DNA of 64,000 nt from positions 1,408,001 through 1,472,000 of the forward strand of contig CAXXIA010000002.1 in assembly GCA_963666985.2 (NCBI GenBank), read 5' to 3'. The stretch is from Spirochaetia bacterium (GTDB lineage Bacteria > Spirochaetota > Spirochaetia > DSM-2461). The notes beneath the pieces were generated by a model. It saw nothing but the letters and a program-made list of their open reading frames with translations. It made no database searches and was not told the DNA's origin. Below, in pieces: positions 50,644-60,424 of this stretch; the first letter of the stretch is position 1, and each line of letters begins with the position of its first letter. Made by a program: the position numbers and the translations under genes.

Positions 50644-51597
50644 CTACAGCCGATTCAAATCCAACGGCGGAACCTGCTCTTCCAAGGCGGCAGCCCCGCG
50701 AACCTCGTCGGCGCACGAAACCTGGGTGAGAACTTCGGAATCCGGGAACGCCTTTTCAACCCGGCGAATAAACGGATCATCCGCCGGAGTACATTTGTTG
50801 AGAATGAAGTAAGGAATCCGATATCCGAATTTCTCCAATTCCGAATGAATGTCCCGGGATTCCTCCAAAGAAAGTACCGTCGGATTGAGAACCGTGAAAA
50901 TCGTCGTTTGCCGGGAATCTTTGAGCAGAGAGGAAAGCCGGCCGTACCGATCCGTTAAGCCGTTGATCTTCTTCAAAACAGGATCGGTTTCCATAAGGCT
51001 TTCGGTTTTTCCGGTATGGATTTTCGTCACAATCTCTTTCTTGGAAAGAATCATCTCCCTAAAGCCGGAAAGTTCGTGAATCCACAGAAGCGAAACATCG
51101 GGAAGCGAGAGGAATTTCAGCGTCAGCGCCGTCGGAGGCGTATCGAAAATAATAAAATCTTTATCGGCATACCGGCCGATCGTGTCTTCCAGAGCCAAAA
51201 GCACGGCATACTCTTCCAGACCGGGGGAATACTTAAGAGTCTTGAAGTACCGCTGAAGATTAAACGCTTCCTGATACTTGTAAATCTGTTTGAAATCCGA
51301 TTCAACCTGCTTCAGATAAAGCTTAACCCATGCCTCCAGGTCGGTTTCCCGTACAAGAAGATTCTCAATTATTTTCTTGGGTTTTGCCCCGATCTTTTTA
51401 TCAAAAACATCGTGAAGATTATGTGCCGGATCCAGGCTGTCCAGAAAAACCGACTTTCCGGACATGGCCAAATGATATGCGAAAAGCGACGCGTTCGTGG
51501 ATTTGCCCACACCGCCTTTCCCGGTGAAAAAAAGAATCCTGGGAGTCCTTCGAATCGGTGAATCGGACACGGCCGAATCGGTTTGACGCCTTGCCAT
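50644..51597 (-). CDS. ArsA/Get3-family ATPase (single domain)
   Basis: FTGKGGVGKST, SLDPAHNL, SPGLEE, FDTPPT and ILNK motifs. Confidence 0.9.
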   Translation of the reverse strand: MARRQTDSAVSDSPIRRTPRILFFTGKGGVGKSTNASLFAYHLAMSGKSVFLDSLDPAHNLHDVFDKKIGAKPKKIIENLLVRETDLEAWVKLYLKQVESDFKQIYKYQEAFNLQRYFKTLKYSPGLEEYAVLLALEDTIGRYADKDFIIFDTPPTALTLKFLSLPDVSLLWIHELSGFREMILSKKEIVTKIHTGKTESLMETDPVLKKINGLTDRYGRLSSLLKDSRQTTIFTVLNPTVLSLEESRDIHSELEKFGYRIPYFILNKCTPADDPFIRRVEKAFPDSEVLTQVSCADEVRGAAALEEQVPPLDLNRL

Positions 51598-51887
51598 CAG
51601 AACTCCCCAAGCGTTTCAGCCAGTTCTCCGAGAGGATCGTGAGCGGTCTGAATTTTCTCAAACATGATTGATAATTCGTGTTCCATATACGGCATCAGCT
51701 GCAGGGTTATATGCGCCGGAGGAGACGGCAGCCCGATAAAAGATCCGAAAAGAAGAAGAGCGAAAATATTTTCCAGTTCGGAAATCTCATACTCCAGAAT
51801 CCCCGTGGCTTTTGCGGCATTTACGGATTTCGCGTCCTCTAGAAAAACACGGAGGTTCCGCACTATGGAAGCAAAGCATTTGTTCAC
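51597..51887 (-). CDS. Small protein of cstA-arsA clusters
   Basis: EYEISELENIFALLLFGSFIGLPSPP motif; stop overlaps the ArsA start; probable GTG start at 51887. Confidence 0.72.
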   Translation of the reverse strand: MNKCFASIVRNLRVFLEDAKSVNAAKATGILEYEISELENIFALLLFGSFIGLPSPPAHITLQLMPYMEHELSIMFEKIQTAHDPLGELAETLGEF

Positions 51888-51898
51888 CTGTATCAGCC

Positions 51899-52360
51899 CT
51901 ATTCCCGTTCGGAAAAAACGCAGCCGTAGGCTTTCAGTTCTCCCGCGTTTTTCTTCTCCGAAGGCAGAATCGAATAAAGTCCGTAGAGCGCGCAGAGAAC
52001 CGAACCATAAAGAAACAGATTGGAAAGAACGAAAACGCAAGCCATGCCGGCCGCGGCGCCGCCCGCGCCGATAACGGCCGCCTGCCTTTTTTGATGTATC
52101 AGATAATCCTCCGCTTTCAATGGAGGATTCGCGATGGCCGCATTATGAAATCGAACACGAAGGAAAATGGGCAGAGCCACATTCAAAAGAACGGATGATA
52201 AAAAAACCGCGGCTCCGACCGGCCGGAGGAAAGCCTCGCTCAGAATGGAGGCCGGATTGTTCCGATGCAGAACCCACCCGGCGGCCAGAAGCACGGCAAA
52301 CGGAACACAGGCGAATATAAAGTACTTCCAAAGACTTTTAACGAGACTTTTCATGAACAT
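51899..52360 (-). CDS. Hypothetical membrane protein (about four TM helices)
   Basis: Hydrophobic segments; AAGGA RBS; located between cstA and arsA. Confidence 0.68.
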   Translation of the reverse strand: MFMKSLVKSLWKYFIFACVPFAVLLAAGWVLHRNNPASILSEAFLRPVGAAVFLSSVLLNVALPIFLRVRFHNAAIANPPLKAEDYLIHQKRQAAVIGAGGAAAGMACVFVLSNLFLYGSVLCALYGLYSILPSEKKNAGELKAYGCVFSERE

Positions 52361-52384
52361 TCCTTATCCCCATGAGCCCTTTCA

Positions 52385-52418
52385 AACAAAAATGGGGCCG
52401 CCGCAGACGACCCCATAG
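52385..52418 (-). terminator. Possible terminator/attenuating hairpin after cstA
   Basis: ATGGGG.CG / CG.CCCCAT stem with an A-run on the + strand. Confidence 0.5.
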
Positions 52419-52463
52419 TATTACATAAAAATGTTAAGAACGGTAAAGAGTCGTTTGCGGCTC

Positions 52464-54176
52464 TTATTCCGCCTTAATTTTGAAAAAGTTGCCGGCTCCT
52501 TCGATAACAATCCAAACGGCAAAAACGATAATTATGCCGTTGATGATGTAAAGAAGTCCGTTCCCCGCCGCGATGAAATTCTTTTCATTTACAATCAGGG
52601 CCCAGATGGTCATGAAGCTCATGAAAACAGCCGGAATACCGGTAAAGAGCCACTTCAGTCCGCCCTTCTTTTTCAAATAAGAAGAAATCGTAATCAGCGC
52701 CAGAGCCGCGAGTGCCTGGTTCACCGCGCCGAACAGAGGCCACAGCTTCATGGCGCCCGCTCCGGTCGGACCGGTGGCGAAGGCAAGAATAAGGGCCGAA
52801 ACCACGGCAATGGCTGTGGCGATCCATTTGTTCTGCAGGAACTTCGCCTTGAGGTCGCTGCCGAGCTCTTGAATAACATAGCGCTGCAGACGGGTCGCCG
52901 TATCCAGAGTTGTTCCCGCGAAGGACGCGATGAAAACGCCCATGATGACGATGGCGATCTGCTTGGGAATACCGAGAACCGCGATCATGTTGGCGGAACC
53001 GACGACAAAGGCGGCGATCTTCGATCCCAAACCGGCCGCGGCGGCCCAAGAGGCATAATGGGTGGTCCAAGCGGCGGCGCCAAAGAGTTCGGCACCTTCT
53101 TTCGGCTGATATCCCATGCCGATACCGGCGGCAACAGCGATGATAACCAAAACGGCCAGCATGCCTTCCATAATCATGGAGCCGTAACCGACCGCAATCG
53201 CGTCTTCTTCCTGAGCAACCTGCTTCGCGGAAGTTCCCGAGGACACCAGGGAGTGGAAGCCCGAGATGGCGCCGCAGGCGATGGTGATGAACAGGAATGG
53301 CCACAGGGAAGGAGATCCCTCGGGGTGAGCCTGAACCGCCGGAGCAACGACTTTCAGTCCGCCGAACAATCCTGAAGCGAGAATGCCGAGCACCAGCAGA
53401 ATCATCGCAACCATCAGCTGCCAGGCATTAATATAGTCGCGCGGCTGCAGCAGAGTTGTTACGGGCAGAGTTGAAGCGATATAGGCGTAAATCAGAAGAA
53501 TAATGCTCCAAACGCCGGTGGCGGGAATTCCCGCGATCGTCGGCATGGCCAGAGGCAGGAAATGCCCGATAACCACGGTAATGTACATCAAGACAACGGC
53601 AATGATGGTAGCAAGATTAATCTTGGCGCCTTTCTTATAGATGGCCCAGCCCAGAACGATGGCAATGGGAATCTCACACCAAACCGGGAAGACGGCCTGG
53701 GGATAAATGTTGAAAACAATGGCGATGATCAGACCGAAAATGGCGATAACGATCCACAATTCCAAAAGCACAACGATGAAAAACAAAGTCCGGGCGCGTT
53801 TGTTGATGTACTGCGAAGTAGCTTCGGAAATGGATTTCCCCTGATTCCTCATGGAAACAACAAGAGCGCCGAAATCGTGAACGGCTCCCATAACGATTGT
53901 TCCCACCAGAACCCAAATCAAAGCCGGAACCCAGCCCCAGATAATACCGATGGCCGGACCGACAATCGGTCCCGTTCCCGCAATCGATGTAAAATGATGA
54001 CCGAAGATAATCCCTTTTTTCGTTGGGACGAAATCCTGTCCATCGTTTACGGCAGCGGCCGGTGTTTTAGTCGCGTTACTCAAATTGAAAATCTTCCGGC
54101 CCAAGAATTTACCGTAAAGACGATAGGCCAGAAGATAACCGACAAAGGAGATAACCATGATTAGTACAGCACCCAT
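52464..54176 (-). CDS. cstA: Carbon starvation protein A (peptide/pyruvate transporter family)
   Basis: GHHFTSIAGTGPIVGP, LLQPRDYIN, FITIACGAISGFHSLVSSGT, TTLDTATRLQR and LWPLFGAVNQ motifs. Confidence 0.95.
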   Translation of the reverse strand: MGAVLIMVISFVGYLLAYRLYGKFLGRKIFNLSNATKTPAAAVNDGQDFVPTKKGIIFGHHFTSIAGTGPIVGPAIGIIWGWVPALIWVLVGTIVMGAVHDFGALVVSMRNQGKSISEATSQYINKRARTLFFIVVLLELWIVIAIFGLIIAIVFNIYPQAVFPVWCEIPIAIVLGWAIYKKGAKINLATIIAVVLMYITVVIGHFLPLAMPTIAGIPATGVWSIILLIYAYIASTLPVTTLLQPRDYINAWQLMVAMILLVLGILASGLFGGLKVVAPAVQAHPEGSPSLWPFLFITIACGAISGFHSLVSSGTSAKQVAQEEDAIAVGYGSMIMEGMLAVLVIIAVAAGIGMGYQPKEGAELFGAAAWTTHYASWAAAAGLGSKIAAFVVGSANMIAVLGIPKQIAIVIMGVFIASFAGTTLDTATRLQRYVIQELGSDLKAKFLQNKWIATAIAVVSALILAFATGPTGAGAMKLWPLFGAVNQALAALALITISSYLKKKGGLKWLFTGIPAVFMSFMTIWALIVNEKNFIAAGNGLLYIINGIIIVFAVWIVIEGAGNFFKIKAE

Positions 54177-54246
54177 TGAATGCCTCCCTTTCCAGATTCA
54201 ACGGATCATTATTGAGTAACTTATCAGTTGTCGTCAACGAATATTC

Positions 54247-56712
54247 TTATTTTCTCAGCGGATAACCGGCCTTTTCCAAAGCGGTGATAACCTTTCCCTC
54301 GGCTTCTTTGAGAAATTCCGCGTCCAAGGTTTTCTCCGGATCCCTGAATTCCAAACGCAGCGTAACGGCTTTGCCTTCGGAGCCCAAATCGAAAACATCC
54401 AGAACACCCGCCGAGCGAATCTCCTTCATCCGCAGCTTTTCAACCGCGGCCACGGCATCGGCCGCGTAAGCATCGGAGCTCATCACAACCGTTACATCGA
54501 ACTCGGATCCGGGAAAGCGGTCCAGAGACCGGAAGTCGGTTCTGTCTTTCACCTGAAGAGACATCACATCGGTAAAATCCAAAACGGCAACGGCCGTCCG
54601 GCCTTTGATTTTGAACGCACGGCCGACTTGCGGATGCAGAGAGAAAACGATGCCCCGGGATTTTCCCATAATCTGTACATCAAGGAACTCGCTGGGGTGG
54701 CTGCCCGCCCAGGACGCGGGCAGCAGGGAATGTTTTTTTGCCGGATTCGCGGGAACAAGCCGGCCGGGAAAGCCGACATAAGACAAAAGACCCTCAACGG
54801 TATCCGCCAATTCAACGATTGGGTTGGTGCCGGCCTGAAAAACAATCCCGATCTGATGAAGATCGGCGGAAAAATCATCACCGCCCTTTTCCGCATAGGA
54901 GCGGCCGCACTCGAAAATTCGGAAAGCCTCATGCTCTTTCCGATTGTCGGCGGCCGCCTGGAGCAGAGAAGGAATCAAGCTGGGACGCATCCGGTCGTGG
55001 TCGGGAGTCAGGGCGTTCGCCAGAACCAGATTCTCATTTAGAACCGGCCATTCGGCTTTTTTCAGCAAAGCTTCACCGACCAGAGGGTAGGTCATCACTT
55101 CCAAACAGCGCCCGCGAAGCACCAGGAAATCCTGTACGGCACGGAAGAGAATCTTCGCGGGCGAAAGGCGAAGAGCTTCAATGTCGTGTGCCGGACTTCC
55201 CGGAGTAATATTGTCGTATCCGATGATGCGGCCGATTTCCTCGACGATATCGGCTTCGCATTCCACATCCTTGGTGCTTCGCCATGTCGGCACATGAACC
55301 TTATGAGTTCGGCCCCGGCCGTCGGAACCCGCCTGGGCTCCCCGGATGGCCTCAACCCGGAAGCCCAGGGTTTCAAGGATGCTTCTCATCCTCTCGGCGG
55401 GAACATCCTCGCCGAGAACGGCGGCAATCCTCGCCGGGGAGGTTTCAATCACCAAGTCAACAGGATCGCTCATATTGTCCGACTGGATTCCGCCCACGGC
55501 CTTCGCGTCGGGATTCATCTCCATCACCAGCTCGTATATCCGCAAGAGGGCCTTCTCCAGCTGCTCGGAATCCAGACTCTTTTCATAGCGCTGGGAGGCA
55601 TCGGTCCGCAGCCCCAGCCGCGTGCCGGTCCGCCGCACTTCGGCGTCCACCCAGTTGGCCACCTCAATCATAAGTTCGGAGGTGTCGTCGGCCACCGAAG
55701 AATCAAGGCCTCCCATCACACCGGCGATTCCCGATGCCCGCTCCCCGTCGCAGACCATGGTGTCGGTGGGAAGCATGGTTCGCTTCTGTTCGTCCAGCGT
55801 AACGAACTCGGTATCATCCCCGGCCCTGCGAACAATGATTTTTCCGCCCTTAACGGTTTTGCGGTCGTAAATATGGTTCGGCATGCCGGTTTCCAGCATG
55901 ACGTAGTTGGAAATATCGACAATGGAATTGATGGGGCGCATGCCCGCCACCGTCAGGCGGCGCTGCATCCAGGCCGGACTTTCACCGATTCTCACGCCGT
56001 CCATGGACAGTCCCAGAAATCCCTTGTTGGCCGTATCGGGATGCACATGAATGGTTACCGGAGCCTCTCCCCCGTCCGCGGCGATCCGGGAGCGCAGGCC
56101 TTCGGCCCAATCCTCATCGAACCGGTCCTTGTACGGCCGCTCGAACACCGCGGCGAATTCCCGGGCCAGCCCGTAATGCCCCCAGCAGTCGGGCCTGTGC
56201 GTCAGAGACTTGTTGTCCACATCCAGAATCAAATCGTTCACCGCAGCCTCGCCCAGGGCCTCGGCCAAAGTGGCGCCCACCGGAGCATCGGCGGGAAGCT
56301 CCATCAAACCCTCGTGATTATCCGAAAGACCCAGTTCGTCCTCGGCGCAGAGCATCCCCTCGGAGAGAATCCCCCGAATCTTCTTCGGCTCCAAAGTGAA
56401 GCCGATGGGCAGAGTCGTCCCGATGGCGGCGTATGGAACCTTAATTCCCGGTCGGCAGTTCGGCGCCCCGCAGACAACCGTCGCCTGTTTGCCCCCGCCC
56501 AAATTCACGGTAGCCAGTTTGAGTTTATCCGCGTCCGGATGCGGTTCGGACGCCATGACTTCGGCAACACTCACCTTATTCAGAACGGACCCCGTGCGTT
56601 CATATCCCTCAACCTCGCAGACGCCCAGCGTGATGCGCTCGGTAAGCTCCTTATCGGAAATCCCCTCGGGGAGATCGACAAAATCGGAAATCCAATCAAC
56701 TGATATTTTCAT
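54247..56712 (-). CDS. pheT: Phenylalanine--tRNA ligase beta subunit
   Basis: HPDADKL, VCGAPN, SEGMLC, NKSLTHRPDCWGHYG, VDISNYVMLE and DIVEEIGRIIGY motifs. Confidence 0.96.
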   Translation of the reverse strand: MKISVDWISDFVDLPEGISDKELTERITLGVCEVEGYERTGSVLNKVSVAEVMASEPHPDADKLKLATVNLGGGKQATVVCGAPNCRPGIKVPYAAIGTTLPIGFTLEPKKIRGILSEGMLCAEDELGLSDNHEGLMELPADAPVGATLAEALGEAAVNDLILDVDNKSLTHRPDCWGHYGLAREFAAVFERPYKDRFDEDWAEGLRSRIAADGGEAPVTIHVHPDTANKGFLGLSMDGVRIGESPAWMQRRLTVAGMRPINSIVDISNYVMLETGMPNHIYDRKTVKGGKIIVRRAGDDTEFVTLDEQKRTMLPTDTMVCDGERASGIAGVMGGLDSSVADDTSELMIEVANWVDAEVRRTGTRLGLRTDASQRYEKSLDSEQLEKALLRIYELVMEMNPDAKAVGGIQSDNMSDPVDLVIETSPARIAAVLGEDVPAERMRSILETLGFRVEAIRGAQAGSDGRGRTHKVHVPTWRSTKDVECEADIVEEIGRIIGYDNITPGSPAHDIEALRLSPAKILFRAVQDFLVLRGRCLEVMTYPLVGEALLKKAEWPVLNENLVLANALTPDHDRMRPSLIPSLLQAAADNRKEHEAFRIFECGRSYAEKGGDDFSADLHQIGIVFQAGTNPIVELADTVEGLLSYVGFPGRLVPANPAKKHSLLPASWAGSHPSEFLDVQIMGKSRGIVFSLHPQVGRAFKIKGRTAVAVLDFTDVMSLQVKDRTDFRSLDRFPGSEFDVTVVMSSDAYAADAVAAVEKLRMKEIRSAGVLDVFDLGSEGKAVTLRLEFRDPEKTLDAEFLKEAEGKVITALEKAGYPLRK

Positions 56713-56896
56713 TACGTATTATCTCCATGTTTTATTCCGTGCGGCGCGCGGACATATACGGAATCCTGCTCACCGCGACAGCCGTAGGATTCATCCCGGT
56801 CCGGCGCTTCATCGCCGTATTCCGCGGCACTTCCGCCGTGCCGAATCGCAACCCAAATGCGCCTTGTCGCGCCCCATCCAATCCCGAAACCCTCAC

Positions 56897-57943
56897 TCAG
56901 CAGCAGGCGAACTGCCGGCTGAAATCCACATTCCCGCCGTGCAGATGGCGGATATCGTCGATGTGATAGCGCATCATCACCAGCCGGTCCAGGCCCAGAC
57001 CGAACGCGAAACCGTTGTACACCTCGGGATCAATCCCGCCGGCCCTCAAAACATTCGGATGGGTCATGCCGCAGGGCAGCAGCTCCACCCAGCCGGTCTG
57101 CTTGCACACCGAACATCCCTTGCCTCCGCAAATAAGACAGTTGATGTCCAGCTCGAATCCCGGCTCCACGAAGGGGAAGAACCCCGGCCGCAGCCGAATC
57201 TTCACTTCCCGTTTGAAAATCTCCGAAAGAAGAACCTTCTCAAAATAAATCAGATGGGCCACGGTAATGTCCTTCCCGATGAGCATGCCCTCCATCTGAT
57301 GGAACACCGCCTCATGGGAAGCGTCGGTGGCTTCCGATCGGAACACCTTGCCGGGTCCCACGAACTTGAACGGAGGCGTCTTCTTCTCCTCCATCCCCCG
57401 AATCTGAATGGTGGACGTATGAGTGCGCAGGAGATGCTTCATGTCCTTAAACCAGAACGTATCCTGCATATCGCGGGCCGGATGAGTTTCGGGAATGTTC
57501 AGCGCGGTGAAATTATGCCACTCGTCCTCGATGTGAGGACCGTCCAGGATGTCGAAACCCATGGAAAGAAAAATGTCCTCCAGTTCCCGCTGGACGATCG
57601 TAACCGGATGAAGCCCGGATTCCTTCACCGACTCGGCCCGCAGGGAACGGCGCAGTGTAATATCCGTCCAGTCCGCGGCGAGCTTCGCGTTAATCGCCTC
57701 GCGTTCCATGCCGGCGCGGGCCTCTTCGATCTTCTCCGTAAGACGGCCTTTGAGTTCGTTGGCCGCCTGACCCAGCGTTTTCCGCTCTTCCGGCCCGGCA
57801 TCTTTCAGCGACCCCAAAATCGCGCTCAGCTCACCCTTCTTTCCCAAAAAGCGCGCCTTCAAATCCGCCAAAGCCGCCTCAGTCTTCACCGAACCGAGCG
57901 CCTCCCGGAACGTTTTTTCCAAGACCTTCAATTTCTCAATCAT
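56897..57943 (-). CDS. pheS: Phenylalanine--tRNA ligase alpha subunit
   Basis: HPARDMQDTF, LLRTHTS, FHQMEG, FFPFVEPG and GFAFGLGLDR motifs. Confidence 0.97.
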   Translation of the reverse strand: MIEKLKVLEKTFREALGSVKTEAALADLKARFLGKKGELSAILGSLKDAGPEERKTLGQAANELKGRLTEKIEEARAGMEREAINAKLAADWTDITLRRSLRAESVKESGLHPVTIVQRELEDIFLSMGFDILDGPHIEDEWHNFTALNIPETHPARDMQDTFWFKDMKHLLRTHTSTIQIRGMEEKKTPPFKFVGPGKVFRSEATDASHEAVFHQMEGMLIGKDITVAHLIYFEKVLLSEIFKREVKIRLRPGFFPFVEPGFELDINCLICGGKGCSVCKQTGWVELLPCGMTHPNVLRAGGIDPEVYNGFAFGLGLDRLVMMRYHIDDIRHLHGGNVDFSRQFACC

Positions 57944-58240
57944 CGATTATCCCCACTCGCCGCCCGTTACGGCGTTTTCTTTTTTATTCTGCTGATCCCG
58001 GCGGCGCTTCGCCGGTCCGCTTTCACCCGGAAAGACAATTCCGCCCACTCCGGCAATCCGATCCCATTCACCGGCGGATTCCTCTCCACCTCATTCCCGG
58101 ACTCAGCGCCGCCTCTTCGAAGCCGCCGCTCCAAGCCGTTCGCAAAACCAAAGCCCGGGTTCCGCCGATACCGGCCCCATTCCCGCAGGAAGCCTCCCCG
58201 CGATTTCAACGCCCGCGGGGAATCCCCCCGCGAAGCCCCG

Positions 58241-58270
58241 AAACAAAAAAGGCCCTCCTTCCGGAGGGCC
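58241..58270 (-). terminator. Attenuator terminator upstream of pheS
   Basis: Minus strand GGCCCTCC-GGAA-GGAGGGCC-TTTTTTGTTT: 8-bp stem, GNRA loop, U-run. Confidence 0.88.
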
Positions 58271-58290
58271 TGTCTCTTCGTTCGTGTTCA

Positions 58291-58374
58291 TCACGACCGC
58301 GCGGCGCATCCTCCGGTTTTCACACCGGTAAAAAAAGAGGCGCTAAAAAGCGAATACACGCATCCGACGGTCAT
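58291..58374 (-). CDS. Phe-rich leader peptide of pheST (pheM-like)
   Basis: MTVGCVYSLFSASFFTGVKTGGCAARS with three TTT codons, two adjacent; ends 20 nt before the terminator stem. Confidence 0.78.
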   Translation of the reverse strand: MTVGCVYSLFSASFFTGVKTGGCAARS

Positions 58375-58380
58375 GGCCGC

Positions 58381-58409
58381 ATTATCCCCGCTGGCCTTCT
58401 CCGGGTCAA
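58381..58409 (-). promoter_or_regulatory. Sigma70-type promoter of the pheST leader
   Basis: TTGACC-N17-GATAAT, followed by 6 nt and then the leader ATG. Confidence 0.75.
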
Positions 58410-58510
58410 GATGCCGCATAATCAGTTTATTTAACGACGCCGAACGAACCGGCGGGAACTCTCCGCGGGGAACGGAGAGCCGCTCTCCGGCGCTCCATTC
58501 CCGTCTTACT

Positions 58511-58548
58511 ACTTTGATGGTCAAGATACTTGATAGTCGTACTATAAT
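58511..58548 (+). promoter_or_regulatory. Candidate MarR operator(s) and -10 box upstream of the metal ATPase operon
   Basis: TTGA-TGG-TCAA dyad plus a related TTGA-TAG-TCGT copy, next to TATAAT at 58543-58548. Confidence 0.5.
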
Positions 58549-58591
58549 TTTTTATGATGGGCTTCATTCCCATGAATCCGGAGCTTAAAAA

Positions 58592-60424
58592 ATGATAGGA
58601 CGCTTCGCCGATGCGGCCGTATACAAAGAAATCCTTCAATCCAAAGACTTCCTGCGCGTCGGCTTTGGAACCGTGCTCATCCCCATGGCGCTCATACTGA
58701 AAACGGTACTGCCCGATTTCTTCTTTCTCGGACTCTCATCGATCCTGCTGCTCGCCTCAATAAGCCTGAACGGTTTGCCGATCGTCATCGATGCCGTCAA
58801 AGGACTTATCCGGAAAAAATTGAACGTCGACGAATTGGTGTCTCTGGCGATCCTCGCCTGCCTAATCAGCGGTTTTTACCTGGAAGGTTCCATTGTATCG
58901 GCCATTATGGTTATCGGTACGCTTGTGGAGGAAGCGGTTACAAACGTATCCAGACGCTCCATCGAGAAGCTGATCTCATCGGCACCCGAAGAAGCGATCG
59001 TTGAAGAAAACGGACGGGAACGAACGATTCCGGTAAAAGACTTAAAAATCGATGATGTCGTTCTTATCAAGGCCGGCGAAATCGTCCCGGTGGACGGAGT
59101 AATCCTCAGCGGCTGGGGAAATGTCGACGAATCGGCAATCACCGGCGAAGCCCTTCCGGTATTCCGTCAAGCGGGTGATTCGGTTTCCGCCGGCACGCTG
59201 AACGCCGAAGGATTCCTTCGCCTGCGAAGTCTGCGCATCGGAGAAGATTCCACCATCGGCAGAATCATATCCCTTGTTCGGGAGGCGGAAAACGGGAAGA
59301 TTGAAAGCACCCGCATCGTCGATACATATGCCCGATGGTTCACCCCCGTTATTCTCTCCATCGCCGTAATTGTCTTTCTGATAACCCACGATCCCCGACG
59401 GGCGACGACGGTCCTTATCGTCGGATGCCCCTGCTCCTTCCTTCTGGCCGGACCGGTCGCCGCCGTCGCCGCCATCGGCCGAGCTTCCCGATCCGGCATA
59501 TTGGTTAAAGGCGGCGCCTATTTGGAAGGCGTCGCGCGGGCCGAAACGTTTTTTTTCGATAAAACCGGCACGCTGACAAGCGGGGAGCCGAAACTGGTGA
59601 ACATAACGGCGGAAGAAGGCTTCGGTGAGAATGAAATCCTCACGTTTGCCGGCTCCGTGGAAAAAGGCTCCCTTCATCCGCTGGCCCGCGGCATTTTGAG
59701 CGAATGCGAAAACCGAAAGCTGATTCCGCCCGAAGCCGCGGAGATTCGCACCCTCCCCGGATCGGGAATAATGGGCCGATTGGGTAAGGATGACGTATTC
59801 GTCGGAAAAGCCGATTCGGCCGAATCGAACGCCGATACCGCCGTGACGGTCATGCTGAACGGCCGAAAAATCGGTTCGCTATCATTTCGCGACCTCCCTC
59901 GTCCCGAAGCCGCCGCCGCAATCGGCGCTCTCAAAAAAACGGGCATCGCCCGAATAGGAATCCTCTCGGGAGACCATTCGGGAACCGTTGAAGCCGTCGC
60001 CGAAAAACTGAACATTACCGAGCCGTACTCAAATCTCAAACCCGAGGATAAACTGCAAATTATTGAACGGATCGGTGCAAATTCCTGTGTTTTCGTCGGA
60101 GACGGAATCAACGACGCACCGGCATTAAAAGCCGCGGGCACCGGTATCGCCATGGGACTCCGGGGATCGGACGCCGCTCTGGAAACCGCGGATATCGTTC
60201 TTATCAACGACCGCCTGGAACTTCTGCCCTTCCTGGTTCGGCTCTCCCGCCGCACCGTGAGAACGATACGAACGAATATCGGCATCAGTTTCGGCATCAA
60301 TGCCGTTTCTCTGATGGCGGCCTCCTTAGGCATCCTCACGCCGATTCTGGGAGCAATCACTCATAACATCGGCTCGGTACTGATTGTTTTTCTCTCGGGA
60401 GCCCTGGCTTTTACAAAGGAGTGA
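58592..60424 (+). CDS. Heavy-metal translocating P1B-type ATPase without an N-terminal metal-binding domain
   Basis: DESAITGE, CPC, DKTGTLT, HP, GDGINDAPAL and C-terminal HNIGS motifs. Confidence 0.93.
   Translation: MIGRFADAAVYKEILQSKDFLRVGFGTVLIPMALILKTVLPDFFFLGLSSILLLASISLNGLPIVIDAVKGLIRKKLNVDELVSLAILACLISGFYLEGSIVSAIMVIGTLVEEAVTNVSRRSIEKLISSAPEEAIVEENGRERTIPVKDLKIDDVVLIKAGEIVPVDGVILSGWGNVDESAITGEALPVFRQAGDSVSAGTLNAEGFLRLRSLRIGEDSTIGRIISLVREAENGKIESTRIVDTYARWFTPVILSIAVIVFLITHDPRRATTVLIVGCPCSFLLAGPVAAVAAIGRASRSGILVKGGAYLEGVARAETFFFDKTGTLTSGEPKLVNITAEEGFGENEILTFAGSVEKGSLHPLARGILSECENRKLIPPEAAEIRTLPGSGIMGRLGKDDVFVGKADSAESNADTAVTVMLNGRKIGSLSFRDLPRPEAAAAIGALKKTGIARIGILSGDHSGTVEAVAEKLNITEPYSNLKPEDKLQIIERIGANSCVFVGDGINDAPALKAAGTGIAMGLRGSDAALETADIVLINDRLELLPFLVRLSRRTVRTIRTNIGISFGINAVSLMAASLGILTPILGAITHNIGSVLIVFLSGALAFTKE

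Noticed and set aside
50644..51597. Arsenic resistance operon
   Set aside because: No arsB/acr3, arsC, arsR or arsD; single-domain ATPase in a cstA context.
57944..58420. T-box riboswitch upstream of pheS
   Set aside because: No GGTGGNACC T-box motif or specifier stem seen; the leader-peptide model fits better.
55186..58588. Long + strand ORFs of 505 and 730 aa
   Set aside because: Antisense shadows of pheT/pheS in GC-rich DNA, with no protein motifs.
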